Under the pieces are notes generated by a model. The model saw nothing but the letters and a program-made list of their open reading frames with translations. It had not been told where the DNA came from and did no database searches. Below, one piece after another: positions 25,763 to 41,662 of a stretch of 64,000 nucleotides of DNA. The stretch is taken from positions 15,190,001 through 15,254,000 of the forward strand of contig CM022669.1 of the NCBI GenBank assembly GCA_012295275.1, read 5' to 3'. Both the position numbers and the translations under genes were made by a program. This stretch comes from Chrysomallon squamiferum (taxonomy: Eukaryota; Animalia; Mollusca). Position 1 is the stretch's first letter. Each line of letters starts with the position of its first letter.

Positions 25763-27029
25763 AAATACAGAGATAGAGAGGAATTTTAGGGAGAAAGAGA
25801 CAGAGATAGATACATAGAGAGTTTAATAGACAGATTGATACATAGATAGATTAAGAGACAGACAGACAGACAGATAAACAGATAGACAGACGAGAAAGAG
25901 AGATGGAGCGAGAGAGAAAAGATATAGAAAGAAAAAGAAGGCGAAACACAAAGACTCACAGACAGAGAGATAAAAGGGAAAGACTGAAAAATGTGCTTTA
26001 GTATACACGTACTTGTGTGTGAGAGAGCGACAGACACACAGACAGACAGACTGTGTAACTGAATTCACTTTCACGTTTTCGTCAGTTAATTACACAGACG
26101 TGTAACTGGTCAGAGGAAGGAGACAGACAGAGAAAGAGATAAAATAGATCTTTTCATATCTGATCTTTGCAGCGCCTGGCTCAGACGAGTTGCGTTGTAA
26201 CTGATTAAGTACATCGCCGAGTTACATCTTTCTATTGTCTGGCTTTTATTTGTGAGTGACATATCGATCTTTTGAGTGAAAATGATTTTTTTTTTTTTTT
26301 TTAAATACAATAAACGTTGACGGCATGATGTATGTGTAAGAAAACAAAGAAACTGTATCCGAAATGGCAAAATAAAATAAAATAAAAATAAAAATAAAAT
26401 AAATAAATAAAATAAATAAAATTAAAATAAAATAAATAAAACATAAAATAAAATAAATAAAATATAATAAAATAAATAAATAAATAAATTAAATAAAATA
26501 AATAATAATAATAATAATAATAATAAAATTTAAAATAAAAAAATTAAAATATTTTTAAAAACATGTCATCCACATATAAACAAAAAAACCTTAACACTAT
26601 AACTGACGTTAAAAAAAAAAATTTATTTGACATATAACAAATGAGTCCGTTCCGTACATCAAAACTTCTTTCGCGTCATTTACAGAAACATTTTATTATA
26701 TTCTCTAGTTTCTTTTTTTTTTTTTTTTTTTTTTAGAATCTGTGTTTTTTAAGTACGGCTATCATTCATCAAAACGTGTTGAAGAATGCTGTCATTACTT
26801 CTGTGTGTCGTTGATGGAAGAGATACAAAAGTGATAACAGCTGCTTTCAGCTTGAACACGTCACTTCAAGTGTTTTAAACGCGGCTCAGCGGTAACAGTT
26901 GATAACAACAATTAACGGGGGGATGTATCGATAAATCTTTTTGTTTTAATATTCGTGTGTCTCTTCCTCTTCCGGTGTTTATTTATAACCAGCTGTTCTT
27001 TTTTCCTCCCACTGTCTGAATATGTTCAC

Positions 27030-27102
<73 letters not shown>

Positions 27103-28035
27103 ACTAATGCATCTTTTATTACCTTTTAACAAGAAATATCTTTTATGTCGAATAAATTATCTTTCACTGTTCATTTAATTTTGTCGGCTTTTCTTTCCCT
27201 TATTCAAACAACTAAATTTAAAAAACAAAGTAACAAATAGAGCTGAAAAAAAAAAAAAAAAAAAAAAAAAATCTATATATATATATGTATATATTTATAT
27301 ATTTGCAGCGTAAACTGCTTTCCAAAAAAAAAAAAAGCAATGGTACCTTCGCCGCCATTTTTTTCTTATTAAAACAACGACTTTGCTTAATTCTCAGTGA
27401 CAGACAGAGGAAGATAACGTCTTATTGCTCAAGGATTTAACACGGCACCAAATCCCACAGAAGATCTCAGAACCGAAAACGGTCCCTGAAGACGGCTCAA
27501 TTTCCATCAACGTCAGCGAAAGTCTACGTACAGCGATAATGTGTCGTGAGTGGCTGCACATAACAAATGTGAATTCCCGTCCGACTCGGAGAATCTCGTT
27601 TAACTCCGTGACTGATAAGCGAATCTCGTCTTGTGATCCCGGTAATATGAAGTACTAGAGGTTATCAGATGAGTCCAAATGTAAATGTAGAGACCAGTGG
27701 AAATGGTTTTTGCATTATTTACTGTCCTTTATGTTACTGATGAAGGAAGCGTCTTGCTTTGAAGATGACAGTGTTGATGAGTGTTACGTGAATAAATAAA
27801 TGAATGTAAGTTATGAAGTAAATAAACAAGGTGAAAATGCAGATAAATGAGATATTGTGTAGTCAGTAGTAAAAGTTTTTTATATATAAACACACATGTA
27901 CGTGTACACGCTCTCGCACTACGGACATGCGTGTATATGTGTGTGTATATAAATAAACACACACACACACACACACACATATATATGTATATATATATGT
28001 GTATATATATATACGTATACCTTTGTATATGACTA

Positions 28036-28071
<36 letters not shown>

Positions 28072-29562
28072 TGAATCTGTACTAGTTACCAATACTTCAA
28101 ATCACATTATTACACGATGAACATCTTACTATTTATTTAATTGTGAACATAAAAGAGAAAAGACGCTACTAGCGCTCTCATGGCCATTTTTATTGATCGT
28201 AAACGTAGGATCTTTCATTTACAATTCTTTCTGTTTGAACGTTTTACAATCCCATTAAAGACTCTTTTCTTCCTCACGCTGGTTCAATTTAACAACAGAC
28301 TGAAGATCTAAATTAGCAGTTTATCTGTGCGATGGTCTTGGTACGAGAATCGACAATTTCGTAGTTTAATTTTTTTGTGATGTCGCGTATTCAAAATCCA
28401 TCCATCACACTCCGTTCAACTGTCTTCTCTCCTTCAGTTTAAATTCAATTCTGTTTGGAACAGACGTGGAATAAAAGATGGCGGACGCTGATATAACAGA
28501 CCGATGCAAATTAGCTGAGGTATTCTGGACTGGTATATCTGAAAATACAAGAAATGTATAGATTTTTTTCAGCGAAAATCAATTGTGTTACAAGGTGAAA
28601 TTTGACAGATTCTAATTATTTCTGGGAGTCGATGAAATGAATTTAATTTCGAGTGGCATTTACAGCAACAAGATTAAAATAAATCAGTAATAAATAGCCA
28701 GCTTAGACGAACGTCAGTAGTCTTAAAATTAGCTACTAATCAATGTTAAGTAAATGTATATATATATATATGTGTGTGTGTGTGCTTGGGTGAATATAGA
28801 CATAAACACGCACGTTTAAACATATATAGAAACACACGCATACATAGTTATAATTATATATATATATACATATAGATATACGTATATTTCACACGTATTT
28901 ACAAACATACCCAAGTATACACAAACGAACAGACACATATATAAAATACATACATTTTGCTACTTAGTTTTTATAAAAAAATGCACATACACATGTATAT
29001 ACATACAGAAAAAACACACACACACACACACACACGAACACGAGCAAACATATATAGATACATACACAAATACATACATCATCCATCATTACATACACAG
29101 TACACGCACATTCATACATACACACAGAGACAGACGCACAGATACATGGACACACACATGGAATGGACATACACAAGCAAACACTATAAATCTTACATTC
29201 ACAGTGATAAACATTACAAACATAAACTATGAAAAAACGTAATCTCAAATGAACACAAACATTCTGTGCAGACAATCAGAAAAGTATAGACATGGTTAAC
29301 AATGTATAAAAATAAATGAAAAAGTAGACGGGAATGAAAAAAATTATCAGGTGTAAGTGATACACAAAACAATGTAAGTTCTATTCTGCACGACAGATGT
29401 TGTTAGGTTCTGTCAGTGCGTTACTTGAAATCGTGTAAACTCACATACGTGTGTGTGTGTGTGTGTGTTTCATCTCACGCTTTTAACAATATACTTACTG
29501 TGTGGTTCAAATGTTATCCGCGCTAAGTTACAAAACACACGTATAAACAGAAGATTATACAC

Positions 29563-29641
<79 letters not shown>

Positions 29642-29799
29642 GTCTGTATGTATGTATGTATACGTACACACCTATCTCTTTTCTATAATATAAATATATA
29701 TAATGGAATGGCATTAATGTATAAAACACCTGTCATAGTTCTTAGCTGACCGAATATCAGGTTTTCTAAAACATTATTCATCTTTCTTCTCTTATTTTT

Positions 29800-29831
<32 letters not shown>

Positions 29832-30090
29832 CCCTTTTAACAAGCTTTGTTATTTTTGTTTCGAAAATACAGCGAAACCTCTGCTCTCTCTTCATTTCTT
29901 GTGCATTTCAAGACATCGATCGCCAAAACCCTCGAGACCTAATGGGATGGCATGAAACCGGAATACGGGTTCACGAATAAGATAAACTAACTGAGCTTTG
30001 TTGTACGGAAAATATTACACCGAATCGACTTAGCTTCCTGTGTTGCGGGCAAAATAACTGGAGTGAAATAGTATGGATGATTTTAAATAG

Positions 30091-30130
<40 letters not shown>

Positions 30131-30359
30131 TTGGAAATAAATAAAGAATATGCCATATCGTTGTGTGTTGAGAAAATAAAAGTGTCGTTGTTTGTCGTAT
30201 TTATTGGCTAATGGTATTTCCTGTTTACTTTCCTCCTAATGTGGCGCTTTGTGTTCCAAATAATAGGAAAAGACTTTTTAACAAAAACTATTTATTTTAT
30301 TTTATGAAATAATCCCATTAACCTAGTAAATTCATTTAAACTGTTTATTGCTGTCTCAC

Positions 30360-30423
<64 letters not shown>

Positions 30424-30516
30424 TTATTATTTTAACACAAATAAAAATCTAGGACTGATATATGTGCATGTATGTGTTTTTCTTTTTGAGGTAATTTGTT
30501 TTTAATTGCTGCCTAT

Positions 30517-30674
<158 letters not shown>

Positions 30675-30930
30675 GTTTCTCTGTCTTCGTTATCTTCTCC
30701 TCGTATCTCATTTCAGCACAAAAACAATTTTAAGACTGAACTAAAGATGAAAAATGTGGAAATATTTAATTATTAAAAAATGACAAATTTAATGCAAAAT
30801 TCATTACACGACATGCGCAAACTGTCTGACTGTTTGCGATAAGACACAGAATGAAATAATAATGAGGTAAAGGTAACAGAGACATTCATATTAAATATTA
30901 CATTTTTAATCTTTTCTTCTTCTTCTTCTT

Positions 30931-31007
<77 letters not shown>

Positions 31008-31637
31008 TATTATTATTATTATTATTACTGTAAATAATGTTGTAAATGTGGTCGTAGTATTATTATTTGTTATTATAGAAGGAGCAGCTGTAGTCGTTGT
31101 AATAGTGATATGAGTAGTAGCAGTAGTTGTTGTTGTTGCTGGTGGTGTGGTGTTGTAGAAGTTGTTGTTGTTTTTGTACTAATAAAGGTGGCAGTTGTAA
31201 TGATATTAGTTGTAGTAACGCTAGTAATAGATGTAGTAGTAATAGTTGGTGTAATAGAAGTAGTAGTTGTTACAAAAGTAGTAACAGCAGCGGTAATTGC
31301 AGCAGCAGCAGTAGTTGGTGGTGGTGTTATTGTTGTTGTAGTAATCGTTGTTGTAGTATTAGTAGTAACTGTCCTTGTTGTAGCTGTATTAGTATTAATA
31401 GTAGTAGTAGTAGTTTTTGTTGTTGTGGAGTAATAATAATATTGTTATTAATAGTTGTAGTAGTTGTAGTAGTATTAGAAGCAGCAGTATTTGTAATACT
31501 TATCCAATTAGTAGCATCAATATAAGTTTTTCCTTCTTTTTTTTTCCAACTAAGAACATTATAGTGCAAAGCTATCAAATTAAATTAAAATCATCTCTGT
31601 ATTAAACAGATAAATTCATTTCACTTTTGTATTCATC

Positions 31638-31670
<33 letters not shown>

Positions 31671-31819
31671 GGACCTCTTTCTAAAGATTAAAATCTTTTT
31701 TCTTCTTCTTCTTCTATTCATTTATTTGAACTATGGGAATATCAAATTAAGTGCCGTTTCGTGTTTTCTGTCGTGCTGAAAAAGTTTTCATCTTAAAGCA
31801 AGCTTTCGAATTTTGATAT

Positions 31820-32931
31820 ACTTTCTGAAATGACGCTGGAGGTCCGTCATTGTCAGAAAAATGAGAGTATACAAAGAAGAAACAAATTAATTTAATTTTT
31901 ATATATTCATTTCTGATCAATTTGCTTTGTAATGTACCACCACACAGTGTATCCTGACATTTAAATATTTAAAAATTTAAAAAAAAAGAAAAAAGTTACC
32001 ATTTACAACGTCTAAATCAGAATCACATTAGTTTTGTGAGGTTCACAGAAAAAAGTTCGGTCTGGTTTGTGTTCTTGCATTGTTAACTTCTCTTTCGCAT
32101 TTCCTGCAGTGTATTTCATCGCATTAATTAGAAAATTATGGAAGACGAAACAGACCTTAGACTGATTTTAAAATTTATTACGCGTAATATATTCTTTCGT
32201 TGTAGACTGACTGTGATTATTAAGGTAATGCCGATTTGAAAATGATTCCATTTTTTAATAGAAATTACTTTATCCTATAAGGTGCATTATAAAATATAGC
32301 TATTTTAAATAACTAAGTTATAAATGTCATTTTGTTAGTTTTCTTCTCCTATTCTTGGCAACAGTTCATTACACTTCATGTGCACGTTTAACAGCCAACT
32401 TTCTGAAATGACGCTGGAGGTCCGTCATTGTCAGAAAAATGAGAGTATACAAAGAAGAAACAAATTAATTTAATTTTTATATATTCATTTCTGATCAATT
32501 TGCTTTGTAATGTACCACCACACAGTGTATCCTGACATTTAAATATTTACGTTTTATTTCTAAAAAATATTTATTCATCTTTTTTTTTTTTTCTGATCTG
32601 TAAATCTGATACTGTTGTGTTTGTCATTACGGTTGTCTTCGCTAAACAAAGCTTATAAATCTTCTTTAAACAATCTTTTCATGTGCGCTTCACGAATGTA
32701 ACGAGTGAAGTTACGTTTTAATCAGTTTGTGCGTCAGTCAGTTTAATAGAAGAAGGTGATTTATGTGAAAAAATCAAGAATATTGTGGATTTGTTTTAGG
32801 TTTGTTTTATTTTATTTTTGGTTTGTTTTATTTTATTTTTTCGTTGTTGAATTTTTGGTTTATTTTTATTTTTATTTTTTTTCATTCATTCATTTATTCT
32901 TCATGTATTTATTTATTTATTTATTTATTTA

Positions 32932-32971
<40 letters not shown>

Positions 32972-34051
32972 TTGTTTGTTTTGTTTGATAGATTGTGTTT
33001 TCGTTTTGAAGATGACTGTGTGTGTGTGTGTATATATATATAGGTTATAAATCTTCCGGCAAGTCAAATTATCCTCTAAACTGTAAAATAATCTTGATGT
33101 AATATGGATTCAGTAATTTTAGTTTGCGCTAAATAACATGAGCTATTTTCAGCAGCAACAGAACGTGTGGGTGTCAACAGATGACTGTCGTATTTGAAAA
33201 TTTTCCAGAATGCAGTCGTAATTGTCTCTTATTATTTGCGTATACTCAGGTCCTACGGCACTGATAATTTGAAATAAATACGTGTCGGGTTGGCTATAAG
33301 AATAGTAAGGTAGTTTTTTTTAATAATACAGTTATTATTTAGTGCAGCTTTGACGAAATATTAAGTGGACTTAACACTAAGGAAGAAAATATCACCGGTT
33401 TCACGAATGTAATTCACTGGTTCAGTGACAATAATCACATGATTAGGATATTAGATTTTCGAATTTAGGTGTCATGATAGTACGAAAAGTAAATATATAT
33501 ATATATATATATATATATTGTGTCGAAATAAAGGGGTTTCTTGAAGCAACAGTAGAAACCAATTTGTTTGGTGCGAAAAAAAATGAAGAAGAAAAAAACA
33601 AAACAGTATGAAATGTTTTTTTAAAATTTAAAAAAAAAAGAAAAAAGTTACCATTTACAACGTCTAAATCAGAATCACATTAGTTTTGTGAGGTTCACAG
33701 AAAAAAGTTCGGTCTGGTTTGTGTTCTTGCATTGTTAACTTCTCTTTCGCATTTCCTGCAGTGTATTTCATCGCATTAATTAGAAAATTATGGAAGACGA
33801 AACAGACCTTAGACTGATTTTAAAATTTATTACGCGTAATATATTCTTTCGTTGTAGACTGACTGTGATTATTAAGGTAATGCCGATTTGAAAATGATTC
33901 CATTTTTTAATAGAAATTACTTTATCCTATAAGGTGCATTATAAAATATAGCTATTTTAAATAACTAAGTTATAAATGTCATTTTGTTAGTTTTCTTCTC
34001 CTATTCTTGGCAACAGTTCATTACACTTCATGTGCACGTTTAACAGCCAAC
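31820..34051. repeat. Near-identical local duplication A-B-A-X-B (A=31820-31971 and 32398-32549; B=31972-32399 and 33623-34051)
   Basis: 152-bp and about 428-bp blocks repeated essentially verbatim; the only difference noticed is an A-run length. Confidence 0.93.
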
Positions 34052-34289
34052 AGTTTTATAAATAATTGATTAGGGTATAAAGAAAAAAGACAATCGTTAA
34101 GATTTCCGACTAAAGCTGCTGTAGACTTTTTGAGATTGATTCCGTCATTAGTCATATCGAATACTATGACGATTTTCTGAGCGTCTAGTAATTTGAATAG
34201 TTTTAAGTGCTGTATATAAAATAGGTAATGAATGATTCATGTCACTTTATCAGCAGTAATTATTATCTATATATTTACTGTAATGTAAC

Positions 34290-34322
<33 letters not shown>

Positions 34323-35751
34323 GTTGTTTTTTCAAGCTAATACTACGAACTGATAATTCGTTAAGCCTCTGTTCTCTTTTTTTTTTTTTTTGTTACCGTT
34401 CCAGCCAATGTCTAAGACTTGGTTATCAAAATTGATTGTGCATGTTTCTTGGTACAAGGATGACATATATATAAAAATCCTTTCCAACGTTTCCACAAAA
34501 GATAAAAACTGTAATGGCAGTGTGGTAACACATTTTTTTTTTTTTTTTTTTATCAATATTGGGATTTTATACATACCATCAATTACAAGAAAAAAAAAAA
34601 CATAACAAATATTTATGTATTTTATTACATTATTACATTAATTCAAATCAGCAATGTACATGAGACATGATTAAAAAGAATGAAAAGAAATTTAAAAAAA
34701 AACGTAATCAACAATGTATTAGAAATTACACATGACACGCTAAATATTATGTATGTATAGCTCATTGACGTGCGATACGATCATATACCATGAGTTAAGT
34801 ACGTTTGATATGTGTGTTTTAGTTAATTTAATGTAATGTTATATAAACACTGTGTATTTGTTCTTGTAAATAGTAGATGTGAAGTTACATAAAGTCATAC
34901 GTGTTAACTTCGTTCAAAAAGAAAGAAAAGCATATGTATGTATATACATTACTTAATATGACATAATGTAATATATCTTGTATAACATTCTTTAACAACA
35001 AAGAAAACCATTTTATTTTATTGGCTAACGTAATATAGTGTAATTTCTCTGTTATTAATTAATATAAGATAACGTAATACGGGTTGTATAAGATAATTTT
35101 ATATTTTATAATATTCTGTAAATACAATATAAAAATCAAATTTGTAATTTTGTATTACTTAACGTAAGATAATGTAATGTGTAATATATAACATTCTATA
35201 TATTATAAAAAAAAAATCATATATGCAAAAATATGTATCTACTATTAGTTAATATAATATAATATTGTATCACATCATATAATGTTAATGTAATATTAGT
35301 GATATGAGTTTTATGATACTGATAATCTACGTACATACAAAGATATACCATTTCTAATATTGTTTGAAGTTTTTGTACGATAACATTTAACACAAAAAAT
35401 ACAATCTGTTTAAGCGTAGTAATGTTGTATTTTTTTAACGTAAGTAACATTATGTTGAAACCCGTCTAAGCACGATACCTTTGCAGTGTCTTATTGTATA
35501 ATTCACATAATTAGTAAGACGTCCAATGTGAGTAAGAAATGTGCGTAAATAATTTTTTTTACGTTGTTTTTGTTCCACAACAAAATTTGTAATGAAGAGA
35601 GAAAATTTTAATAGCTAGTTTGCGTATATATATACTGTAATCATATATTGTAATAATGAATGTGTTAGTATAATGTTAAATGATATTTAATGTGTTTAAT
35701 TTTGATTATCAGTAATGATGTAGATGATGCTGTTGCTGCTGATGATGATAA

Positions 35752-35790
<39 letters not shown>

Positions 35791-38700
35791 GTACTAAATA
35801 AAATAGATAAATAAGTAAATTTATAAATAACAAATAAAATAAATAAATAAATAAGTAAATAAATATAATAATAATAATAATGTTGAAATGAAGTTTTACA
35901 GGAATACTATTAACTATTATAATAACTATCATCCAAAAAATATAAATTAAATAAATAAATAAATAAATATTATCATCGTAATTATCCTCAATTAATGTAA
36001 ATAGTTCTGTTACGAAAAAATAAAATCATAACAAATATATTTGTTCTATTTACATCTAAAGTAACTGTTATAACATTGTTCAGTATTGATTCTTAATCAT
36101 GTCATTAAAACCAAACACTTTTTATAACTTTAACTAAACTAAAATATAGTTTTTAACAGTTTTCGGAATTATATAATACAATTACATAATCCAAACAAAG
36201 GTTGGGGTATCGGTCTGTAGTTTTTTTTTTTTTTATAATCGGTATAGACAGACACAGAAATTTATAAGAATATAACAGAATTTACAAAAAATGTTATATT
36301 CTTAATAGGCTAATTAATTTACAAGTATGTTCACATGTGAACCTTTGTCGAAGATATAGCTTGGTTAACTTATATTTAACTAAAGCATACGACCATATTT
36401 ATTACTAATAATGTAAATGGATTTCCTGATATATTTATATATATATATACATTTAACAGTAAATTAAGTAAATTGAACAATGACATCTTCTGTTGTCATT
36501 GATATATAAAATTATTGTAAGTGTTTCTGGTTGAACTCTTCTCAGTTTACAATAAATAGAATTCTTTATCGCGTTGCTGTTTCTATTATTACGGTTTTCT
36601 ACCGATATTAAGAGTCGGTAATTTAATCATTTTGAATCGAGCTGTCTGAAACATTAAAATAGTTCACTGTACTAATAGTTTCTTAATTTAGACATTCACG
36701 GTGTTGATACTTTAATAGATTGAAATGAATATTATGATATTTTATCTTGTGTGATCGGTACAAATACTGTACAGAGATTTGACGATTATTGCTTAGAAGA
36801 AATCTGATAAACTGGTCAGACGTTCAACACATTTGCGTAATCGTATAAATTATAAACATTCAGTTATCTTTGGCGTAGCGATACAACAATGGGAGACTTG
36901 GGATAGTATCTAAGACAAATAAAAAGTCACAAACGTGTGATACAAGAGGTATTTTAGTGTCAAAGTCATAACAACACTGGGAGAATAACGTGTAATTTAT
37001 TTTCTCCAAGTTTTATTACTTTGCTAATAAAACCTGTTATCTGGCGTCCTTTTGCTGCGTCATCTGTGCCATCCAATTTGAATTCATATCGTTTCTGTTT
37101 GTTGTTGTTTTTTTTGTTTTTTTAAATTTAACTACTACACTGATTCACACTCAATAAAACAGCGCGTCATCTAGATCCTTTTCGAAAGCTAGATGCATTC
37201 AGGTGATCATGGTATATTTCAGATTAACATGGCAAGCGTTTCTCTTTATCTGCTTCTTAATTTTCCTTGTTATTCAGGTGAGGATACTAAACCTGTTTTA
37301 AGCTGGCTGTTTTCAGATTAAAGGTTTATATAACACAACAAACATTTTTATCCTTCTTAAGATTTTTGAGGTGTCCAAGTGTTGACATTAACAGAAGCAT
37401 CATCCTTGTTTAATCTGGCGGTTTTCACTTGACAATGATCATTATAAATATGTTTTTATCACATTCCTATACAACAAGCTGTTGTATCAGATATCATTGG
37501 CCCCAAGAAACTCCTGAAATTTCAGTGTTGTAGATTTTTTTTACTCCAAGAGTTTACACAAGCCTATACATCGTAAAATTGTCTATATTCCATTATGAAA
37601 CTACAGGCGAAACGTCTCAAAAACCTAACAGAGTCTGGACAGGCGAAAAATTAGGTTTGTAGGTTTCAGTATACTGAGGTTTTACAGTTTAATACTAGAT
37701 ATACAACAGGACGGCGGATATTTGGTCTATAGAAGGGTTTCTCTTTCGTAAGCTTTTGAGAAGTTTCACTATGCTAATAATTGGTGAGGATATAAATTTG
37801 GCTCTAATAACCTTATTCTAAGGCTTCTGAAAATGACCACAGATTCAAATCCAGTAAAAAAAAAATGTCTTAGTATCTATCCAGTACAGCATCAATGAGG
37901 GTTTAAGCGACTTCAATGCAATATAGTTATACGTTACTTTCATTATTGATGTCTTTAATTTTATATTATTATTACAACATCGTGTCGCTTTTAAGATGCC
38001 TGCACTGTTATCGTTCATATCTTATTCAGTGACATTCAGAGAATGTTCATTTACATCAAATATTAATGCCAGTATATGACTTATGGAGCCAGAATATTTA
38101 CAGTGTGAGTTCATTTTATCAAGTGTTTGAATACTGATGTTTTACTTGTACAGATACTGTTTAAAAGAAATACGTATATGTATCATCAGCTGTTTAACTG
38201 TTTCTTCATTATGAATAAAGTTTCTCGTCTTCGCTAGGAAAATAAAAATGGTTAGTGGATTTGAACAGCGAAAACCTTTTTCATTTTTATAAATAAAAAA
38301 AAAATAATAATAATTAAACTAAAAACTGGTTTGAAGAATGCCTTTTCATGAACGGTTCAGTCCAGTACTCAGATTTAGGTTAGTATGTTAGAAGATGCAG
38401 TTTCGGCTGAGATACTAATACGACATGAAATATCTTTTCTCTCAATATGAGACGCATCTGTTATCATGTTTTGCTTTTAAATGTTAAGTTGTAGAGCACA
38501 GTGTTCTGTATAACAGCATCTAATATTATAATCATTTTACAGTATGTGTTTTTTTCTGGCTCCAGATGTCATTTCTGAAGAAATCTCTAATTTCCATTAG
38601 CTTAAGACTCAACTGACCTTTTAAAATTCTTTGATCTACAATTAATCTTTTCCTTCCTAAATCACTTTATTTTCATTCTGAATCTTTCATTTTCTTTTCA

Positions 38701-39172
38701 CGAATTTTTGAAGGTCGTGATTGTTTCTGAATTTAAAAACAAACCAAAAATGAAAAGAAAATAGAGAAAAACGAAGGTCGATCATATGAAAACATGTGGA
38801 AGTAAACACTGTATATCATTTTCACTGACAGAAAAATCCATCTGATATTTCTAATTACACGCCGTTTTATCAGTGTTAAAAGCTACTTTAGCAATTTTTT
38901 TTTAAAACTAAAATAATTAACATTATTCAACATCAACGCATCTAATTTTAATCTTCTTTCTTCTATCGTTGCCCTATTTATATTTACTTCATCCGTTTTA
39001 ATTTTTCAGAACGAAAAAAATTTTTTTTTTTTTTTTCAGCTTTTCTTGTCTTCATTTTTTTTGGCTGTATTTTGCTTTCCTTTTTTTTTTTTTTTTTTGT
39101 TCTTCTTCTTATCTCATCATTATTTTTTGTTCGACGTAATTCTTTCTTATTTATCTAGAATTTAAATTTACT

Positions 39173-39203
<31 letters not shown>

Positions 39204-39398
39204 AAGAATTACACGATGTCATGATATCGCTTGCGTACAGATTAATCGTAAACAGGAGATAACACGCTGATTATGATGGCCTACAGTTTACCAGCAGCAA
39301 GGCTTAATTCCGAATCTGAACGCCGAGCACACGGTGGCGTTATACCAAGTAGTCGTAGTAGTTGTAGTAGTATAATAGAGTCGTGAGTGAAACCTCCG

Positions 39399-39571
39399 TC
39401 ACACAGGAGAGAGAGTGAGCCAGCTGTCCCACCTCACAACCATGATGAATGTCAAGAAGCAGATCAGCTCAACGCGAATGAAATGTTTGCTGGAAGATCC
39501 TTTCCCGTCCACCGCTTTCAGAGCCCGCCCGTCCGTCAGTCCCGATGTATTGCCAGACTCGTGTTCCGTGC
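39399..39571 (-). CDS. Dpr/ZIG-8-like gene B: last coding exon GTEHESGNTSGLTDGRALKAVDGKGSSSKHFIRVELICFLTFIMVVRWDSWLTLSPV*, probable GPI signal
   Basis: Minus-strand acceptor tttgtttactccaag|, phase 1; GTE start shared with gene A; GSSS followed by a hydrophobic tail and stop. Confidence 0.85.
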
Positions 39572-40967
39572 CTTGGAGTAAACAAAAACAGTAAATAAAG
39601 AAAGAAAGAAAAATATAAATAAATAAATAAATAAAAAATAAAAGAAAAACATCAGTAAGTATATAAATAAATAAAGAAAGAAAAACATAAATAAATAAAA
39701 CAGCAAATAAATAAATAAAGAAAAACATAAATAAACAAATAAGCAAATAAATAAATAAATAAATATACAAACAAGTAAATAAATAAATAAATTAAAACAT
39801 AATATAAATATAAATAAATAAATAAGCAAAATAAATAAATAAATAAATAAAGAAAGAAAAAAAATAAAATAATGAATATATAAATAAATAAAAATAAATA
39901 AATAAAATAAAAAAAAAAAAACAACAATAATGATTAAATTGAATTTAGTAATAGCAGTAGAATCAGCAATGGTTATAGTTGTAGTAGTAGTAGCAGTAGT
40001 AGTAATTGAAATAGTAGTAGTAATAATAGCAGTATTAACGGTAGTAGTAGTAGCGGTAATAAAAATAACAGTATCAGTAGTAATGTTAAGTCCTAATAGC
40101 AGTAGTAGTAACAGTAGTAGTTGTAGTTGTTGTTCTAGTAGTAGTAGCAGTAAGGTTCACATCATTATTAAAAAACAACAAATAAAATTAACAAAAATAA
40201 AATAAAATAGAAGAATGATAATGATAACAACAACAACAACAACAACAACAATAATCATAATCATAATCATAATCATAAAAACACAATAAAACCACAATTA
40301 AGAACTTGATTTGCCATATTATAAACGTCTGCTATTAAAAACTTTAAATAATTATTTCTTTCGTTGATTCCGCGCGTTCTTAAAAGTAACAGGCAAGTTC
40401 CAGACAAACGCATGCAGTTTATGGCCGTAACATTCGAAGATTATCCACGTTAACGTTATCTAGCTAATATTCTCACCCATCATGTTAATTTGTTTAGTTA
40501 CGATCAACCGCCTGATTAGCATTTTATGTCTAAATGACCTTTCTTAACTGGAACCATTCTTCGTAGACCAGACGTTTTTTTATGTACCACAAATGGCCAC
40601 CTGTCGCCATACTTAACTCAGCTGGAGCAATAAACAGAGTTATTTCCCCACTGTTTGACTCTCTAATGAAATAATTATCTCCCGTTTTGATAGAGGCTAT
40701 TGTAAACGCGTGAGTTAAGATCCAAACCAGAGCAGAGCAAAATCTCTCCTGTACGGCAACATGCAGCAATAAAATAACAGATAAAACGTGCGGTGACTGA
40801 GTTAATTAGTCTTTCAGGAAAAGATAAATAAAATAGAGCGACAGGTAGACGTTTAAAATGGCGTTCTTTGAAAGGTTTCAAAAAATTAGAAAAAAGAAAT
40901 GTTAGATTTTATTTTATTTATTTATTTATTTATTTATTTATTTTATAGACAGTCAAACAGAAATATT

Positions 40968-41006
<39 letters not shown>

Positions 41007-41627
41007 GATATATATATATATTAATAAAAATAAAAAAATAGTTCTATTCTTACTTATCGGAGGTATAATCTTTTCACTCTGACTTTACTTGCAATAAAAA
41101 TAAATCAGTTTTACAGTCGTTTTTTTTTTTTTTTTTTTTGTGCCTTTTTATTTAATTTTATTCTGTTTTTAATCATTCAAGACAAGACAGAAGATTATTA
41201 TTTTCTCGTCTAAGGGGACTGTAATAAACGATTCCTTGTCGGCAATGTTAAGAAAAACGCATGGAACCTCGGAGGCTGTTTCAGTATTTAAAACATCGTT
41301 GCATTTATGAAATTACAGTGGACAGTTAATAATTGTTAATATTAAAATGTGTTGAGATGCAGATATGCATTTCTTGTTTCCTAAAAAATAAATAAATAAA
41401 TGTTGCCTCAAAACTGCCTCGAACTTTGAATATGCTTGGATTTCTGGAGACTGGCCCAGTTTCAGAAAAATCATTTGAGAATGTATAAGACACCTTTTTT
41501 TTTTATCACGCAAATTTACCATCGTTTACTATAATAAATGTTTATGTGTGTGTTGTATGTGTGTGTGTGTGTGTGTGTGTGTGAGTGTTTGTATGTATAT
41601 AACTATATAAGTATTCATGAAATTCAA

Positions 41628-41662
<35 letters not shown>

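Noticed and set aside
27425-27658. 77-aa complex-looking ORF
   Set aside because: TTG start, no motif and no consistent splice partners found.
27350-28484. YY1-like motifs (CGCCGCCATTTT at 27350, AAGATGGCGG at 28475) as a promoter
   Set aside because: No associated exon or CpG island found; isolated motifs are insufficient.
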